A stretch of DNA of 47,631 bases from Myxococcales bacterium (lineage in GTDB: Bacteria > Myxococcota > B64-G9), in the NCBI GenBank assembly GCA_027031935.1, contig JALVPF010000093.1:1-47631 (forward strand), in the 5' to 3' direction. Below the pieces are notes generated by a model that did no database searches, was not told the origin of the DNA, and saw nothing but the letters and a program-made list of their open reading frames with translations. Both the position numbers and the translations under genes were made by a program. The first letter of the stretch is position 1. Every line of letters starts with the position of its first letter. Of the stretch, positions 29,253-38,868 are shown piece by piece.

Positions 29253-30491
29253 GTGAGCATTCTTACACTGAATTGCGGATCGTCTTCCGTCAAATACTCT
29301 CTTTTCTCTCCGGCCTCAAAAGCTTTTGTGTGTCGCGGCATAGTGGAGAGAGTGGGTACAGAAAAAAGCGTCTTGACCCACGAGTACCAGGGACGCAAGG
29401 TGTCGAGGGAAAAAGCCTTATCGGATCACAGCGCAGCGGTGGAGATGGTCCTAGATATACTAACCGAGGGCAGTCAGGCACCAATATCCGACAAGTTGTC
29501 TATAAAAGGAGTGGGCCACAGGGTTGTACATGGTGGAGAGAGCTTTTCTCGCTCGGCCCTCGTCACTCCAGAGCTTATCGGTGCAGTGGAAAAAGTCTCC
29601 GACCTCGCCCCCTTGCACAACCCCCCAAACCTGGCAGGGATCAGGGCCGCCATGGAACTTTTGCCCCATGCTCCCCACGTCGCGGTTTTCGACACGGCTT
29701 TTCACCAGTCCATGCCGCCAGAAGCCTTCACCTATGCGCTTCCCCGTCAATGGTATGAAAAGTACGGTATCAGAAAATACGGATTTCACGGTACAAGTCA
29801 TCTATACGTTTCCCACAGGGCAGCTTCCTTGCTGGGCAGACCATTGTCACAGCTCAAGCTCATCACCTTGCACATAGGAAACGGCGCTTCTGCATGTGCG
29901 GTGCTGGAGGGCAAATCAATAGACACATCCATGGGCTTTACTCCCCTGGAGGGCCTGGTCATGGGCACCAGGTGCGGATGGATAGATCCGGCAATCCCGC
30001 TTTGGCTCATGGGCAAGGAGGGGATAAAACCAGAGCACATGGATCGACAACTGAACAAGCACAGCGGCGTGTTGGGAATTACCGAAAAATTCACCGACAG
30101 GCGGGACATACTCAAGGCTGCAGATGATGGCGACAACCTATGCCAACTGGCCCTGGAAATTGAGACTCGCACCATCAAGAAAGTCATAGGCAGTTACTCC
30201 GCGCTCATGGGTGGTCTGGACTGCGTGGTGTTCACGGCAGGGGTTGGAGAAAACGCTCCGGCCATAAGGGCTGCGGCATTACAAGGCCTGGAATTTTTGG
30301 GTATCGAACTGGATGACGACAAGAACACACAAGCGGTGGGCGGCAAAGTGGAGATGATCATTACAAAACGCGAAAGCCCGGTCACCGTGGCCGTTATCCC
30401 CACAAACGAAGAGCTGGTCATAGCAGAAGACACCCTGGCCATCATAGAAAAGAAATTTGACCATGCAGATTTCTCATATTCCTTCTCCTGA
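29253..30491 (+). CDS. ackA: Acetate kinase
   Basis: LNCGSSSVKY, GHRVVHGGE, APLHNP, FDTAFH, YGFHGTSH, HIGNGAS, GTRCG, TAGVGEN, PTNEEL. Confidence 0.97.
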   Translation: MSILTLNCGSSSVKYSLFSPASKAFVCRGIVERVGTEKSVLTHEYQGRKVSREKALSDHSAAVEMVLDILTEGSQAPISDKLSIKGVGHRVVHGGESFSRSALVTPELIGAVEKVSDLAPLHNPPNLAGIRAAMELLPHAPHVAVFDTAFHQSMPPEAFTYALPRQWYEKYGIRKYGFHGTSHLYVSHRAASLLGRPLSQLKLITLHIGNGASACAVLEGKSIDTSMGFTPLEGLVMGTRCGWIDPAIPLWLMGKEGIKPEHMDRQLNKHSGVLGITEKFTDRRDILKAADDGDNLCQLALEIETRTIKKVIGSYSALMGGLDCVVFTAGVGENAPAIRAAALQGLEFLGIELDDDKNTQAVGGKVEMIITKRESPVTVAVIPTNEELVIAEDTLAIIEKKFDHADFSYSFS

Positions 30492-30564
30492 ATCATTCCC
30501 CATGCAGTAAAACCTCTTCGGTATGGCTATCGCCTTGAACAGGAAATATGACCCGGAAAAACGA

Positions 30565-30930
30565 TCAGGGGGCCATTCCGCACCTTATGGATACCTTTAT
30601 CCTCGATTTTTCACATCTCTGCCTGGAGTCTTCGCATGTCTGTCTCATGGATTTTTCCTGAGGGTGTCGATCAGAAATCAGGCAGATCCTTCGGCTCAAC
30701 TCACAGATGGTTTTCAACAGATCCTGCGCCTTATGGCAATCAGGCTTAGCTGAAAGCCTGAGATCGTCCACCAGGTGTTCTTGGTCTGTTTCCAGTTTCT
30801 GAGCCAACTGCTCCATCTGCTTTTCATCACGACCAAGATCCGGCCCGGTTCCGCCGGAAGAAGAAAAACCTGCCGCACATCCGGAAAGCATGGGCAGCAG
30901 GGCTATTAGGAATATGGATCGAACGAACAT
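30565..30930 (-). CDS. Small Cys-containing lipoprotein
   Basis: MFVRSIFLIALLPMLSG|C lipobox and six further Cys in a helical C-terminus. Last gene of the ECF operon. Confidence 0.7.
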   Translation of the reverse strand: MFVRSIFLIALLPMLSGCAAGFSSSGGTGPDLGRDEKQMEQLAQKLETDQEHLVDDLRLSAKPDCHKAQDLLKTICELSRRICLISDRHPQEKSMRQTCEDSRQRCEKSRIKVSIRCGMAP

Positions 30931-30934
30931 GGTG

Positions 30935-31432
30935 TCACTTCCCCTCGCCAAGAAGATCATCCAAAAGCCTTTCGTTGATTTGCAACGCCTTGTTGAACGA
31001 TTTTATGGCTCCTGCGTCATCACCGCTCTTTTCAAGAGCATGGCCCTTTGCAATATACAGGTTTGCACAAAAAACATCATCATGGCATCCCAAAGACAGT
31101 CCACGCTTCACCCACCTCAAGGCTACGTCCCACTGCGACTGTCGAATCTCAACGCCGGCCAATCGAAAATACACATCCTGCAACACCGAACTCAATACTC
31201 CATGGTCCACACCATCGGGGGCCTTGGTGTTTAGCAGCTTCTTGAGAGAGGTCCTCGCTTTATCCAGCTCTCCCCTGTCCAGATCCACGTCCACCGAACG
31301 ATGTACCCTCTGCACCTGCTCAAGCCACTTGACCACAGAGCCGTCCCCTGCAGGGGAGTCACCAGGACCAGGACAAGCCGACAAGAAGATCATACAGATA
31401 AATACAAGCACAAGCTGAACACGTTTACCCAT
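30935..31432 (-). CDS. TPR-containing lipoprotein
   Basis: Lipobox LSA|C. TPR-like LYIAKGHALEKSGDDAGAIKSFNKAL. TGATG overlap with the upstream gene. Confidence 0.75.
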   Translation of the reverse strand: MGKRVQLVLVFICMIFLSACPGPGDSPAGDGSVVKWLEQVQRVHRSVDVDLDRGELDKARTSLKKLLNTKAPDGVDHGVLSSVLQDVYFRLAGVEIRQSQWDVALRWVKRGLSLGCHDDVFCANLYIAKGHALEKSGDDAGAIKSFNKALQINERLLDDLLGEGK

Positions 31433-31911
31433 CAGCCGCCCCCCGACAAGGAACATCCAAGAGCTGCGAACATTTTTAACCTGTACCCACGCATGTTTTC
31501 CTGCAGTTCACCCATGTCATGTCCCGCTGCAGCCTTGCCCTGAGCATGCAGCAGCACAGAACCAGGGGCCGGCATCTTCACGACAGGACCATGGCCTCCA
31601 GACAGAAGCAGCAGGAGCAGGACCATGGCCACAGCTGCAGCGCCAAGGGGGATAAGGCCCCTCCAGTGCCATCCGAACACACTCCCGGATGACCTTTTTT
31701 GTTCCAGGCCAGCCATCACCCTGTTGAACACAGCGTCGGCTCGATCGGTCTTCAGCTCCGTGTCTCCAAGCTTCAACAAGCGCACGGCGGCCATTTCTTC
31801 CGGCAAGGCATCATCTCCAGACGATTGCCCGTCCAGTGCAGCAGCCAGTGATTCGGCCTGTTGCTGTTCGGGTTCTTGTCCCTCAGAGTCGTGTTCTTCA
31901 TCATGGCTCAT
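31432..31911 (-). CDS. Putative membrane-anchored anti-sigma factor
   Basis: Overlaps the ECF gene end. Acidic N-terminus (LAAALDG) and one TM segment (LIPLGAAAVAMVLLLLLL). Confidence 0.65.
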   Translation of the reverse strand: MSHDEEHDSEGQEPEQQQAESLAAALDGQSSGDDALPEEMAAVRLLKLGDTELKTDRADAVFNRVMAGLEQKRSSGSVFGWHWRGLIPLGAAAVAMVLLLLLLSGGHGPVVKMPAPGSVLLHAQGKAAAGHDMGELQENMRGYRLKMFAALGCSLSGGG

Positions 31912-32497
31912 GGATCCACTCCTTTCGAAACGCTCTCAAACTCCTAAGCAACAACACGTCGAAAGTGCCTATCTTCAGTTCCAGGCGCCTCGCGCATTCC
32001 TTTCTGTCCAGTCCCTGGATAAACCTGAGTTCCAGGGCTTTTGCATACCTGGGTCTAATGAGTTTCAAAACACGCCTTATCCTCTTTCTGAGACCTTCTG
32101 AATCCAACAGCCGGATTATCTCCGTGTCCTGTTGGTCCTGTTTGTCCAACAAGGGCCTCAGCAGTCTCTCCATTTCTCTGGACGCCTTTTCAGCCCTGGC
32201 GTTTTTCCTGTATACGTCCGTGAGCTTGTTTGATGCTATGCGTGCAAGCCAAAAAAACATGCTTAGCCCTCGGGATTCGAACTTGTCCAACATGCCAAAG
32301 GCAGTGACAAAGGTGTCAGCCAAAACGTCCTCGGCCATGGATTCGTCCAAGACCTTGGGCATCAGCACCTGTCCGTATATTACAGGCGCAAAAACAGCAT
32401 AGAGTTCGGCCATGGCAGCGCGCTCTCCTCGTCTTGCCTTTTTCAACAGACGACGCTCTTTTTTTAACCAATGTGGCTTTTGAAAATCCCGATCCAA
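31901..32497 (-). CDS. ECF-family RNA polymerase sigma factor
   Basis: Region 2 AEDVLADTF...FESRG....WLARIASN. Region 4 ALELRFIQGL...ECARRL....GT....L.R. Confidence 0.9.
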   Translation of the reverse strand: MDRDFQKPHWLKKERRLLKKARRGERAAMAELYAVFAPVIYGQVLMPKVLDESMAEDVLADTFVTAFGMLDKFESRGLSMFFWLARIASNKLTDVYRKNARAEKASREMERLLRPLLDKQDQQDTEIIRLLDSEGLRKRIRRVLKLIRPRYAKALELRFIQGLDRKECARRLELKIGTFDVLLLRSLRAFRKEWIHEP

Positions 32498-32690
32498 GGC
32501 AGACGTCTTCCTCCCTGGGCAAAGGACTATAGCAGCCTTGGCATCTCATGGTCACCTTCCTTTTGTGATCAAACGCACACCTCCCAGCTTGGCTTACAGA
32601 ATAATGCTTACAAAAAAGTGTAAGCAAAAGCCCCGCAGGCGCGTTTGTCCAAGTGAATGTACACAAACTCAAAAAAGGAGGACTATTCGA

Positions 32691-33506
32691 ATGAACACAT
32701 CGAGCCTTCGGGCAAGGTCGATCTTTGGACTGATTTGTTTTCTGGCTTTAGCATCCGGTTGTGCTGCGACCAGGGGGAGGATTTCGCCACCAAGGCTCAA
32801 GGCCTTGCCGCTGGTCACAGCCCCTGTAAAAACCGATCATTTCAAAAGGGACAAGTCGGGCGGCATATCCGAACAGGCCCTGCACAGATTGCTCTTGACA
32901 CCTGTATTTCTTGAACAAGATGCCCGCATAGGGGTCGTACAGGTGTCAAACGATTACAAACCCGATGAAGATCTGCCCATGGTCACCGTTCCCCATGTTC
33001 TTGCCAATGCCATGGAAAGCTCGGGCCTTTTCCAGGTCGCCACAGAGGTCTCCACCGACTGGCCCATCGATTCAGGTGTTGCCGGACTCAGGGAACTCGG
33101 TGCCAGGTACAGGACAGAATACCTGCTTCTCTACCGCCACAGGTTCATAGACAGGACATATACAAATTCACTGGGATGGCTCTACCTCACCGTCATCGGA
33201 ATTTTCACCGTACCGGCAGAGACCATGGAATCAGCCGGGGTCCTGGAGGCCACCTTGTTCGATGTCAAGACAGGTACCATCATGTTTACCGTCTTTGAGC
33301 GGGTCAGGGATCAACGAGATGAAAATATCTGGAACAATGATCGAAAACGTAGAGAACTCAAATTGAGTTTGATGAAAAAAGCGGCAAAGGGCCTGGCTGA
33401 ACAAACATTGACAAAGCTCAGAATACTCGCATCATCCCGTCCCGGGAAAAAAGAGCACGAAGACTCCATGGCATCCATGTACAGACGACCTCCGCTCAGT
33501 CCGTAA
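32691..33506 (+). CDS. Lipoprotein of unknown function
   Basis: AAGGAGG RBS, ATG 32691, lipobox ASG|C. Internal hydrophobic hairpin WLYLTVIGIFTVP, then EATLFDVKTG. Confidence 0.75.
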   Translation: MNTSSLRARSIFGLICFLALASGCAATRGRISPPRLKALPLVTAPVKTDHFKRDKSGGISEQALHRLLLTPVFLEQDARIGVVQVSNDYKPDEDLPMVTVPHVLANAMESSGLFQVATEVSTDWPIDSGVAGLRELGARYRTEYLLLYRHRFIDRTYTNSLGWLYLTVIGIFTVPAETMESAGVLEATLFDVKTGTIMFTVFERVRDQRDENIWNNDRKRRELKLSLMKKAAKGLAEQTLTKLRILASSRPGKKEHEDSMASMYRRPPLSP

Positions 33507-34596
33507 CCCCCGATGGCCTGTCCTTGAGATGCACCCTTGCCAACAGGGGATTGTGGTCCGTGTTGGCAAACTCCAGGTCCTCTACGTGTACCTGGTCTAC
33601 AGAGATATCCGGTCCCACCAGGAGGGCATCGACGGTGGTGACGAAGGTCTTTGAAGGAGAATATGGTTCGCTCGTTGCCCTCAGACTGGGGATATTTTTA
33701 TCATAGGCCCAGGTCCAGCCCGGGGGAGTCCAGTCTTGCGGTACTGACTGCAACCAGAAAGGTCTCGCTGCCTGGCTGAAGCTTCGGGCATTCAAGCCAG
33801 GCGGAACATGGTTCCAGTCACCGCCCACTATGACGTGATGCCCCTGTGAATATAACTTCAGCATCAAGCGGCGCAGGAAATTCATCTGCTCCGTCCGAAG
33901 TCGGCCATCCTTGTCAAAAGCGCTGAGGTGCAGGTGCAAAATTACCCAGTCCTTACCATCCGGCGCAGCAAAACGAAGCTCGTGAACACAGCGTTTCAGG
34001 TGAAACACCCTAACGGGCCATGTATAAAACCCCGGGAGCTGAATCCTCGCGGCAGAAAGGGGCTTGAGCCGACTCAAGGTCAACAGACCGCTTTTCATTC
34101 TTCCAAGGGGCTGGCGCAGGGGATAGGGAATATATGCCACCTTGAAGTTCAAGGCTATCGAACTGAAATATTCAGGTAGAGCTTTTACAAGTGTCGCCCC
34201 TTCGTCCTGCCCGAAAGTGCGTTTGGAATCGAAATCCACCTCCTGCAAAAGCATCACGTCTCGCGAGTGTTCCCTGAGCCACTTGCTCATGGAGTCGATG
34301 TTGGATCTTACCTTCTCCAGGCTTGGTGGCAGGACCTGCTTTCCACCATCCATGAAAAAATCCGCACTGGCGTCGAGCCCACCGTAGCCCAGGTTCCAAC
34401 TGAGGATTGAAAGAGACCAGGGAGCATTTTGCTCAGAGCCGCTGTGTTCGCTTTGAGCACCGGAAACAGGAGGCATGACCGGTGTTGTCTGTCGTGATTC
34501 AGGCCTCCATTCCATGATGAGCAATACTACACCCACCAACACGACAAATGCCAACAACAGCAACGGGAGTTTGACCCATCTTCCAAAACGAACCAT
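33496..34596 (-). CDS. Membrane-anchored endonuclease/exonuclease/phosphatase family protein
   Basis: SWNLGY, LLQEVD, HLSAF, GGDWN, TDHNP, N-terminal TM. Confidence 0.9.
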   Translation of the reverse strand: MVRFGRWVKLPLLLLAFVVLVGVVLLIMEWRPESRQTTPVMPPVSGAQSEHSGSEQNAPWSLSILSWNLGYGGLDASADFFMDGGKQVLPPSLEKVRSNIDSMSKWLREHSRDVMLLQEVDFDSKRTFGQDEGATLVKALPEYFSSIALNFKVAYIPYPLRQPLGRMKSGLLTLSRLKPLSAARIQLPGFYTWPVRVFHLKRCVHELRFAAPDGKDWVILHLHLSAFDKDGRLRTEQMNFLRRLMLKLYSQGHHVIVGGDWNHVPPGLNARSFSQAARPFWLQSVPQDWTPPGWTWAYDKNIPSLRATSEPYSPSKTFVTTVDALLVGPDISVDQVHVEDLEFANTDHNPLLARVHLKDRPSGVTD

Positions 34597-34669
34597 AATG
34601 TCTTTTTATAGGACACCATGGGAATTTTGGCTATCAATACCACGCACCATGGCTAGGAGGTTTTGGCAG

Positions 34670-35116
34670 ATGTCCGATGACAAACGGGAATCGGCGCGAC
34701 GTCCCATGTTCAAGGTCTGTCGGTACAACATCGAGGGAAGGGAGTATGCAGATCTCTCGACGAACATCTCCGAACGCGGCATCTTCATCAAGAACTACTA
34801 CCCGCCCCCTCTTGGCACCAAGGTGACCTTGTCGGTAACCTTGCCTGACGAATGGGGCAACCAGCCCATAAAGATCATTGGAAGGGTCGCATGGGTTGAC
34901 GAAGGAGACGATCCTCACAAGCGAGGCATGGGCATAGAATTCATCTCGGTACAGGCAGAGACGGTGCCCATCATCGAGTATTTTGTCAAAGAGGTCTACG
35001 AGCAAAACCAGCTGAAGCAAAAGAAACTCAGAACCAAGACCGACACGGGCGATGATTCCGCAGAGTCTTTTGAATATGATCTAGACTTGGACATCGAAGT
35101 GGAAGAACCCGAGTAA
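34670..35116 (+). CDS. PilZ domain protein
   Basis: AGGAGG RBS, RESAR (RxxxR), NISERG, GRVAWV, GMGIEF. Confidence 0.85.
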   Translation: MSDDKRESARRPMFKVCRYNIEGREYADLSTNISERGIFIKNYYPPPLGTKVTLSVTLPDEWGNQPIKIIGRVAWVDEGDDPHKRGMGIEFISVQAETVPIIEYFVKEVYEQNQLKQKKLRTKTDTGDDSAESFEYDLDLDIEVEEPE

Positions 35117-35134
35117 AGCAGGAAGCCGACCCAC

Positions 35135-35755
35135 TTGAGCACATACAATCGCAAAGACTCCTATTACAAGAAAGCGAAGGCCGCTGGCTATCGCTCCAGG
35201 GCGGCATACAAGCTCCTGGAACTCACCAAGAGAGAAAAACTCTTCGCCAAGCAAATGAAAGTGCTGGACCTGGGGTGTGCTCCCGGTGGTTGGCTGCAGG
35301 TAGCAGCCAAACTCGTCGGCCCAAAAGGACTGGTTGTGGGAATAGACAGGCTCGAGGTGCAGGCTCTCGATCTTGCCAACGTGAAGGTCATACAGGGAGA
35401 CATTACAGACAGCAACACCAGGGAAAGCTTGACGAAAGCTCTCGGAGGCAAGGCCGGGCTGGTGCTTTCGGACATGGCTCCTGACACCAGTGGAGTCGGC
35501 TTTGCCGACCATCATCAATCCGTACAGCTAGTACGAATGGCCGTTCAAATTGGTGCACAGACCCTTGTACCTGGAGGAAAATTCTGCGCCAAGGTTTTCG
35601 AAGGAGCAGAACTCAATGAGCTGATTTCGGAGATAAAGAAAGACTTCAAGAAGGTTCGCAGGGTCAAGCCCAAGGCCACGAGGAAAGGCTCCAGAGAGCT
35701 GTACCTGATCTGCACGGGTTTCGGTCTGGCGCAACCAAATCTCCCACATTATTGA
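35135..35755 (+). CDS. rlmE: 23S rRNA Um2552 methyltransferase
   Basis: GYRSRAAYKL, DLGCAPGGW, SDMAP, KVFEG, KPKATRKGSRELY. Confidence 0.95.
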   Translation: MSTYNRKDSYYKKAKAAGYRSRAAYKLLELTKREKLFAKQMKVLDLGCAPGGWLQVAAKLVGPKGLVVGIDRLEVQALDLANVKVIQGDITDSNTRESLTKALGGKAGLVLSDMAPDTSGVGFADHHQSVQLVRMAVQIGAQTLVPGGKFCAKVFEGAELNELISEIKKDFKKVRRVKPKATRKGSRELYLICTGFGLAQPNLPHY

Positions 35756-35885
35756 ATCAGATTTCCCAAATCGCTTGTGAGGTCACGGAGATGCAAGGAA
35801 TCGTCCGCAGTCGTGGATTCACCACGTCGAGGACAGATTCCGAAGCATCGACACAGAGATCGCAAGCGAGGTGGGAAATCTTGGA
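35736..35885 (+). repeat. 150-bp palindromic element, copy 1 (MITE/RPE-like)
   Basis: Near-identical to 43811..43975. Imperfect inverted arms agatttccca..tcgcttgtga / tcgcaagcga..tgggaaatct with nested internal stems. Confidence 0.9.
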
Positions 35886-35959
35886 CGCCAGCATCATCTT
35901 GACATTATAGTCTCCCTTGTTCGATTCTCTGCATGATACGCTGGAGGCATGGCTCAAAA

Positions 35960-36955
35960 ATGGCTCAGACCCAAAAAGCTGCACAACAACTCGCTGAAGA
36001 TTTTCGGAAGGATTTTCAACGGCTGGTGGATGAAGTCGGAAAAGTCATAGTAGGCTACCGGGATGTCATCGACGCCGTACTCACCAGTCTGCTTTGCGAT
36101 GGACACGCGCTATTGGAGGGAGTGCCAGGGGTGGGAAAGACCCTGCTGGTAAATACCCTGGCAACCGTTCTGGATCTGAAGTTCAACCGCATACAGTTCA
36201 CACCTGACCTCATGCCCGCCGATGTCACGGGCACAAGCGTCATTTTCGAAGACCCGGAGACCCACGCGAGAAACATCCAGTTTCAACGCGGTCCCGTGTT
36301 TGCCAACGTGGTGCTAGCCGATGAGATAAACAGGGCCACACCAAAAACCCAGTCGGCCTTGCTGGAAGCCATGCAGGAACAAAGCGTCACATCGGGAAAC
36401 ACCACATACAAGCTTGAACCACCATTTATAGTTCTGGCCACCCAGAATCCCCTGGAAATGGAGGGGACCTACCCCCTGCCCGAGGCTCAACTGGACAGGT
36501 TCCTGTTCAAGGTAATCTTTGCCTTTCCCTCCCAGGAGGAGATCGCAGAAATTCTGGCCAGGACCACCTCCGTGGCCATGCCTGAAGCATCGCGGATAAT
36601 GGGTGCAAAAGAGATCATGGCCATGAGACACACGGTGCGCCAAGTTCCGGTGGCTGACCACGTCAGAGATTATGCGATTCGCCTGGTGCTCAACACCCAC
36701 CCGGAGCTGGACAATGCGCCGGATTTCACCAGACAATATGTAAGATACGGTTCCAGCCCCAGGGGCGCGCAGGCGCTCATGCTTGGAGGTAAGCTCAGAG
36801 CATTGCTGGACAATCGATTCGCCGTATCAAAAGAGGACATTTCCGCCGTATGTCATCTGGCGCTGAGGCACAGGATGGTGTTGAATTTCGAAGGGGAAGC
36901 AGCGGGATATTCCACGGATGATATACTGGACGAAATATTAAAAACGACCAGGTGA
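35960..36955 (+). CDS. moxR: MoxR-family AAA+ ATPase
   Basis: GVPGVGKT, RIQFTPDLMPADVTG, ADEINRATPKTQSALLEAMQE, ATQNP, LPEAQLDRF, GSSPRG. Confidence 0.93.
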   Translation: MAQTQKAAQQLAEDFRKDFQRLVDEVGKVIVGYRDVIDAVLTSLLCDGHALLEGVPGVGKTLLVNTLATVLDLKFNRIQFTPDLMPADVTGTSVIFEDPETHARNIQFQRGPVFANVVLADEINRATPKTQSALLEAMQEQSVTSGNTTYKLEPPFIVLATQNPLEMEGTYPLPEAQLDRFLFKVIFAFPSQEEIAEILARTTSVAMPEASRIMGAKEIMAMRHTVRQVPVADHVRDYAIRLVLNTHPELDNAPDFTRQYVRYGSSPRGAQALMLGGKLRALLDNRFAVSKEDISAVCHLALRHRMVLNFEGEAAGYSTDDILDEILKTTR

Positions 36956-36964
36956 GCATTTTCA

Positions 36965-37375
36965 ATGGTTGATTCCAACGATAGCGACAGGCGGAAATAT
37001 CTTAGACTCGAAAGGCGTGACGAGGTCAAGATAAAGCAATACTCCTACCCGGAACGAGGCACCTACACCAAGGCAAGGATCGTCGACATATCCGGAGGCG
37101 GCCTGCAGTTGGAGACAAGGCAACACTTCCCTGATGGTACCCAGCTCAAGATCGAGATGAACTTCGTTGGCTGGCAAAAATTCACTCCGAGCTTCCTAAA
37201 ATACTTCGGCGATGCAGCCCGTAGACCGCTGGTGGTTTTGGCTGAAGTGCTTCGATGCACCAGCCTTGTGGCGGGAAGAAAGTACGAAGTGGCAACGAAA
37301 TTTACCGGCATTGACGAAAACCACCGAAGGGCGCTGATTCGATTTATCAGAAGCCAACTGGCCCTAAAAAAATAA
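36965..37375 (+). CDS. PilZ domain protein
   Basis: RKYLR (RxxxR), DISGGG, AEVLR, YEVATKF. Confidence 0.85.
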   Translation: MVDSNDSDRRKYLRLERRDEVKIKQYSYPERGTYTKARIVDISGGGLQLETRQHFPDGTQLKIEMNFVGWQKFTPSFLKYFGDAARRPLVVLAEVLRCTSLVAGRKYEVATKFTGIDENHRRALIRFIRSQLALKK

Positions 37376-37408
37376 AAGCAACATCCTACTTCCATTCAGG
37401 AGCAACTC

Positions 37409-38719
37409 TTGTCCGAATTTTACGAAACAGTGTTTATCGGTGCTGGGATAAGCTGCCTGGCCGCAGCCAGAAGATTGCGTGGGGACAATATCATACTCGA
37501 GGCCGAGGCGCGACCAGGGGGCATGTGCAAAACGGATATCAAGGACGGGTTCACCTTTGACAGGACAGGTCACCTGCTCCACCTGTACAATCCCAAAACG
37601 AAAAAATGGCTGGGCAGGCTGCTGAAAGGAAAGATGTTGCGATGCCAGAGGTCCAGCTGGATATACTCCCACGGAGTATTCACCCGCTACCCATTCCAGG
37701 CACACTTTCATGGTTTGCCACCCGAGGTTGCAGCAGAATGCCTGGAGGGAGTATTCGAGGCCCATTACAGGCCTCCACGTGCCTGGAACAAAAAAAGTTC
37801 TCCTGAGTCATTCAGACGGTGGGTACTGAAAAGATTCGGCCGAGGAGTCGCGAAACACTTCCTGTTTCCATACAACGAAAAACTCTGGACGGTAAAACCG
37901 CAGGTGCTTACCAGCGAGTGGCTGGGGCGCTTCGTACCCAAACCAGATCTGCACCAGGTGGTCATGGGGGCCCTTGAAGATCAGGCCGAGCCCATGGGCT
38001 ACAACGCTGAGTTTCTCTATCCCGAAAGAGGCGGTATCGAAATTCTGGTGCAGGCTCTTGCCAGGGGATTGAAGATCCGTACCAGGGCCAGAGTGCTAGC
38101 CCTGGACCTGAAAAAGAAGATCCTGACCATGGCGGACGGTAACCAAATAAGATTCGGCAGAATCATATCCAGCGCGCCTTTGCCGGCGCTGGTAAAAATG
38201 TCCGAGGCGCCAGAGCGCATACGCTCATATTCCAAAAAGCTGCGGGCTGCATCGGTCTACAATCTCAACCTCGGTGTCGTAGACAGGGGAGAGAAAAAAC
38301 ACTGGGTCTATGTTCCGGAGCGAAATTTTTCCATCTACCGTTTCGGTTACGCAAACAACTTCAGCCCATACGTGGCCCCCAAGGGCTATGCAGCCGTATA
38401 TACTGAGACATCGTTTCCCATGGGGAGCAGGCCGGACCTTAAAACCCTGAGGACGAAGGTCATCGCTGACATGAAAAAAATCGGGGTCATAGGTAAAAAG
38501 CAGGATATCGTACTTGAGCATGTAAACGTGCTCCATGGTGCCTATGCCATCTATGACAGAAACCGGACAAGATCTGTAAGGGCGATTCAAAAATTTTTCC
38601 TCGGACACGATGTCTACTCCATAGGCAGGTGGGGCACTTGGTCGTATGGATCCATGGAAGACGCCATACTGCAAGGCCTGGAGATTGCGGATCTCATCAA
38701 AGGACATCCACCCTCTTGA
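37409..38719 (+). CDS. FAD-dependent oxidoreductase (protoporphyrinogen oxidase/UDP-galactopyranose mutase-like)
   Basis: IGAGIS.L, EA..RPGG, GFTFD..GH, PYNEKLW, YP..GG, GRWGTW.Y.SMEDA. Substrate not assignable. Confidence 0.8.
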   Translation: MSEFYETVFIGAGISCLAAARRLRGDNIILEAEARPGGMCKTDIKDGFTFDRTGHLLHLYNPKTKKWLGRLLKGKMLRCQRSSWIYSHGVFTRYPFQAHFHGLPPEVAAECLEGVFEAHYRPPRAWNKKSSPESFRRWVLKRFGRGVAKHFLFPYNEKLWTVKPQVLTSEWLGRFVPKPDLHQVVMGALEDQAEPMGYNAEFLYPERGGIEILVQALARGLKIRTRARVLALDLKKKILTMADGNQIRFGRIISSAPLPALVKMSEAPERIRSYSKKLRAASVYNLNLGVVDRGEKKHWVYVPERNFSIYRFGYANNFSPYVAPKGYAAVYTETSFPMGSRPDLKTLRTKVIADMKKIGVIGKKQDIVLEHVNVLHGAYAIYDRNRTRSVRAIQKFFLGHDVYSIGRWGTWSYGSMEDAILQGLEIADLIKGHPPS

Positions 38720-38868
38720 AAAGTCGATATTTCTTGACCAGGCTTTTGGTTCATGGTCTATTTCCCAACCATTGAAACCTCTTCCGGTGAAAGTGACAAT
38801 TTTGCGTCTTTTCCGGAAGAAGATATGCGTTGGAAAAGCCAAATATTTACAACTGAGGACGGTCAAAA

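Noticed and set aside
29253..30491. ackA without adjacent pta
   Set aside because: Unlinked ackA and pta are common, and the rest of the genome is not visible.
32620..32650. gtaagc-N16-cgtt as ECF promoter for the divergent lipoprotein
   Set aside because: A single weak match that cannot be supported without ortholog alignment.
35943..35968. GGAGG followed by duplicated atggctca, with the first ATG out of frame with moxR
   Set aside because: The first ATG is only 1 nt from the SD, and in-frame ATG 35960 gives a complete MoxR, so no frameshift is needed.
37409..38719. Naming the oxidoreductase hemY or glf
   Set aside because: Motifs fit the wider family only, and there is no heme or polysaccharide gene context.
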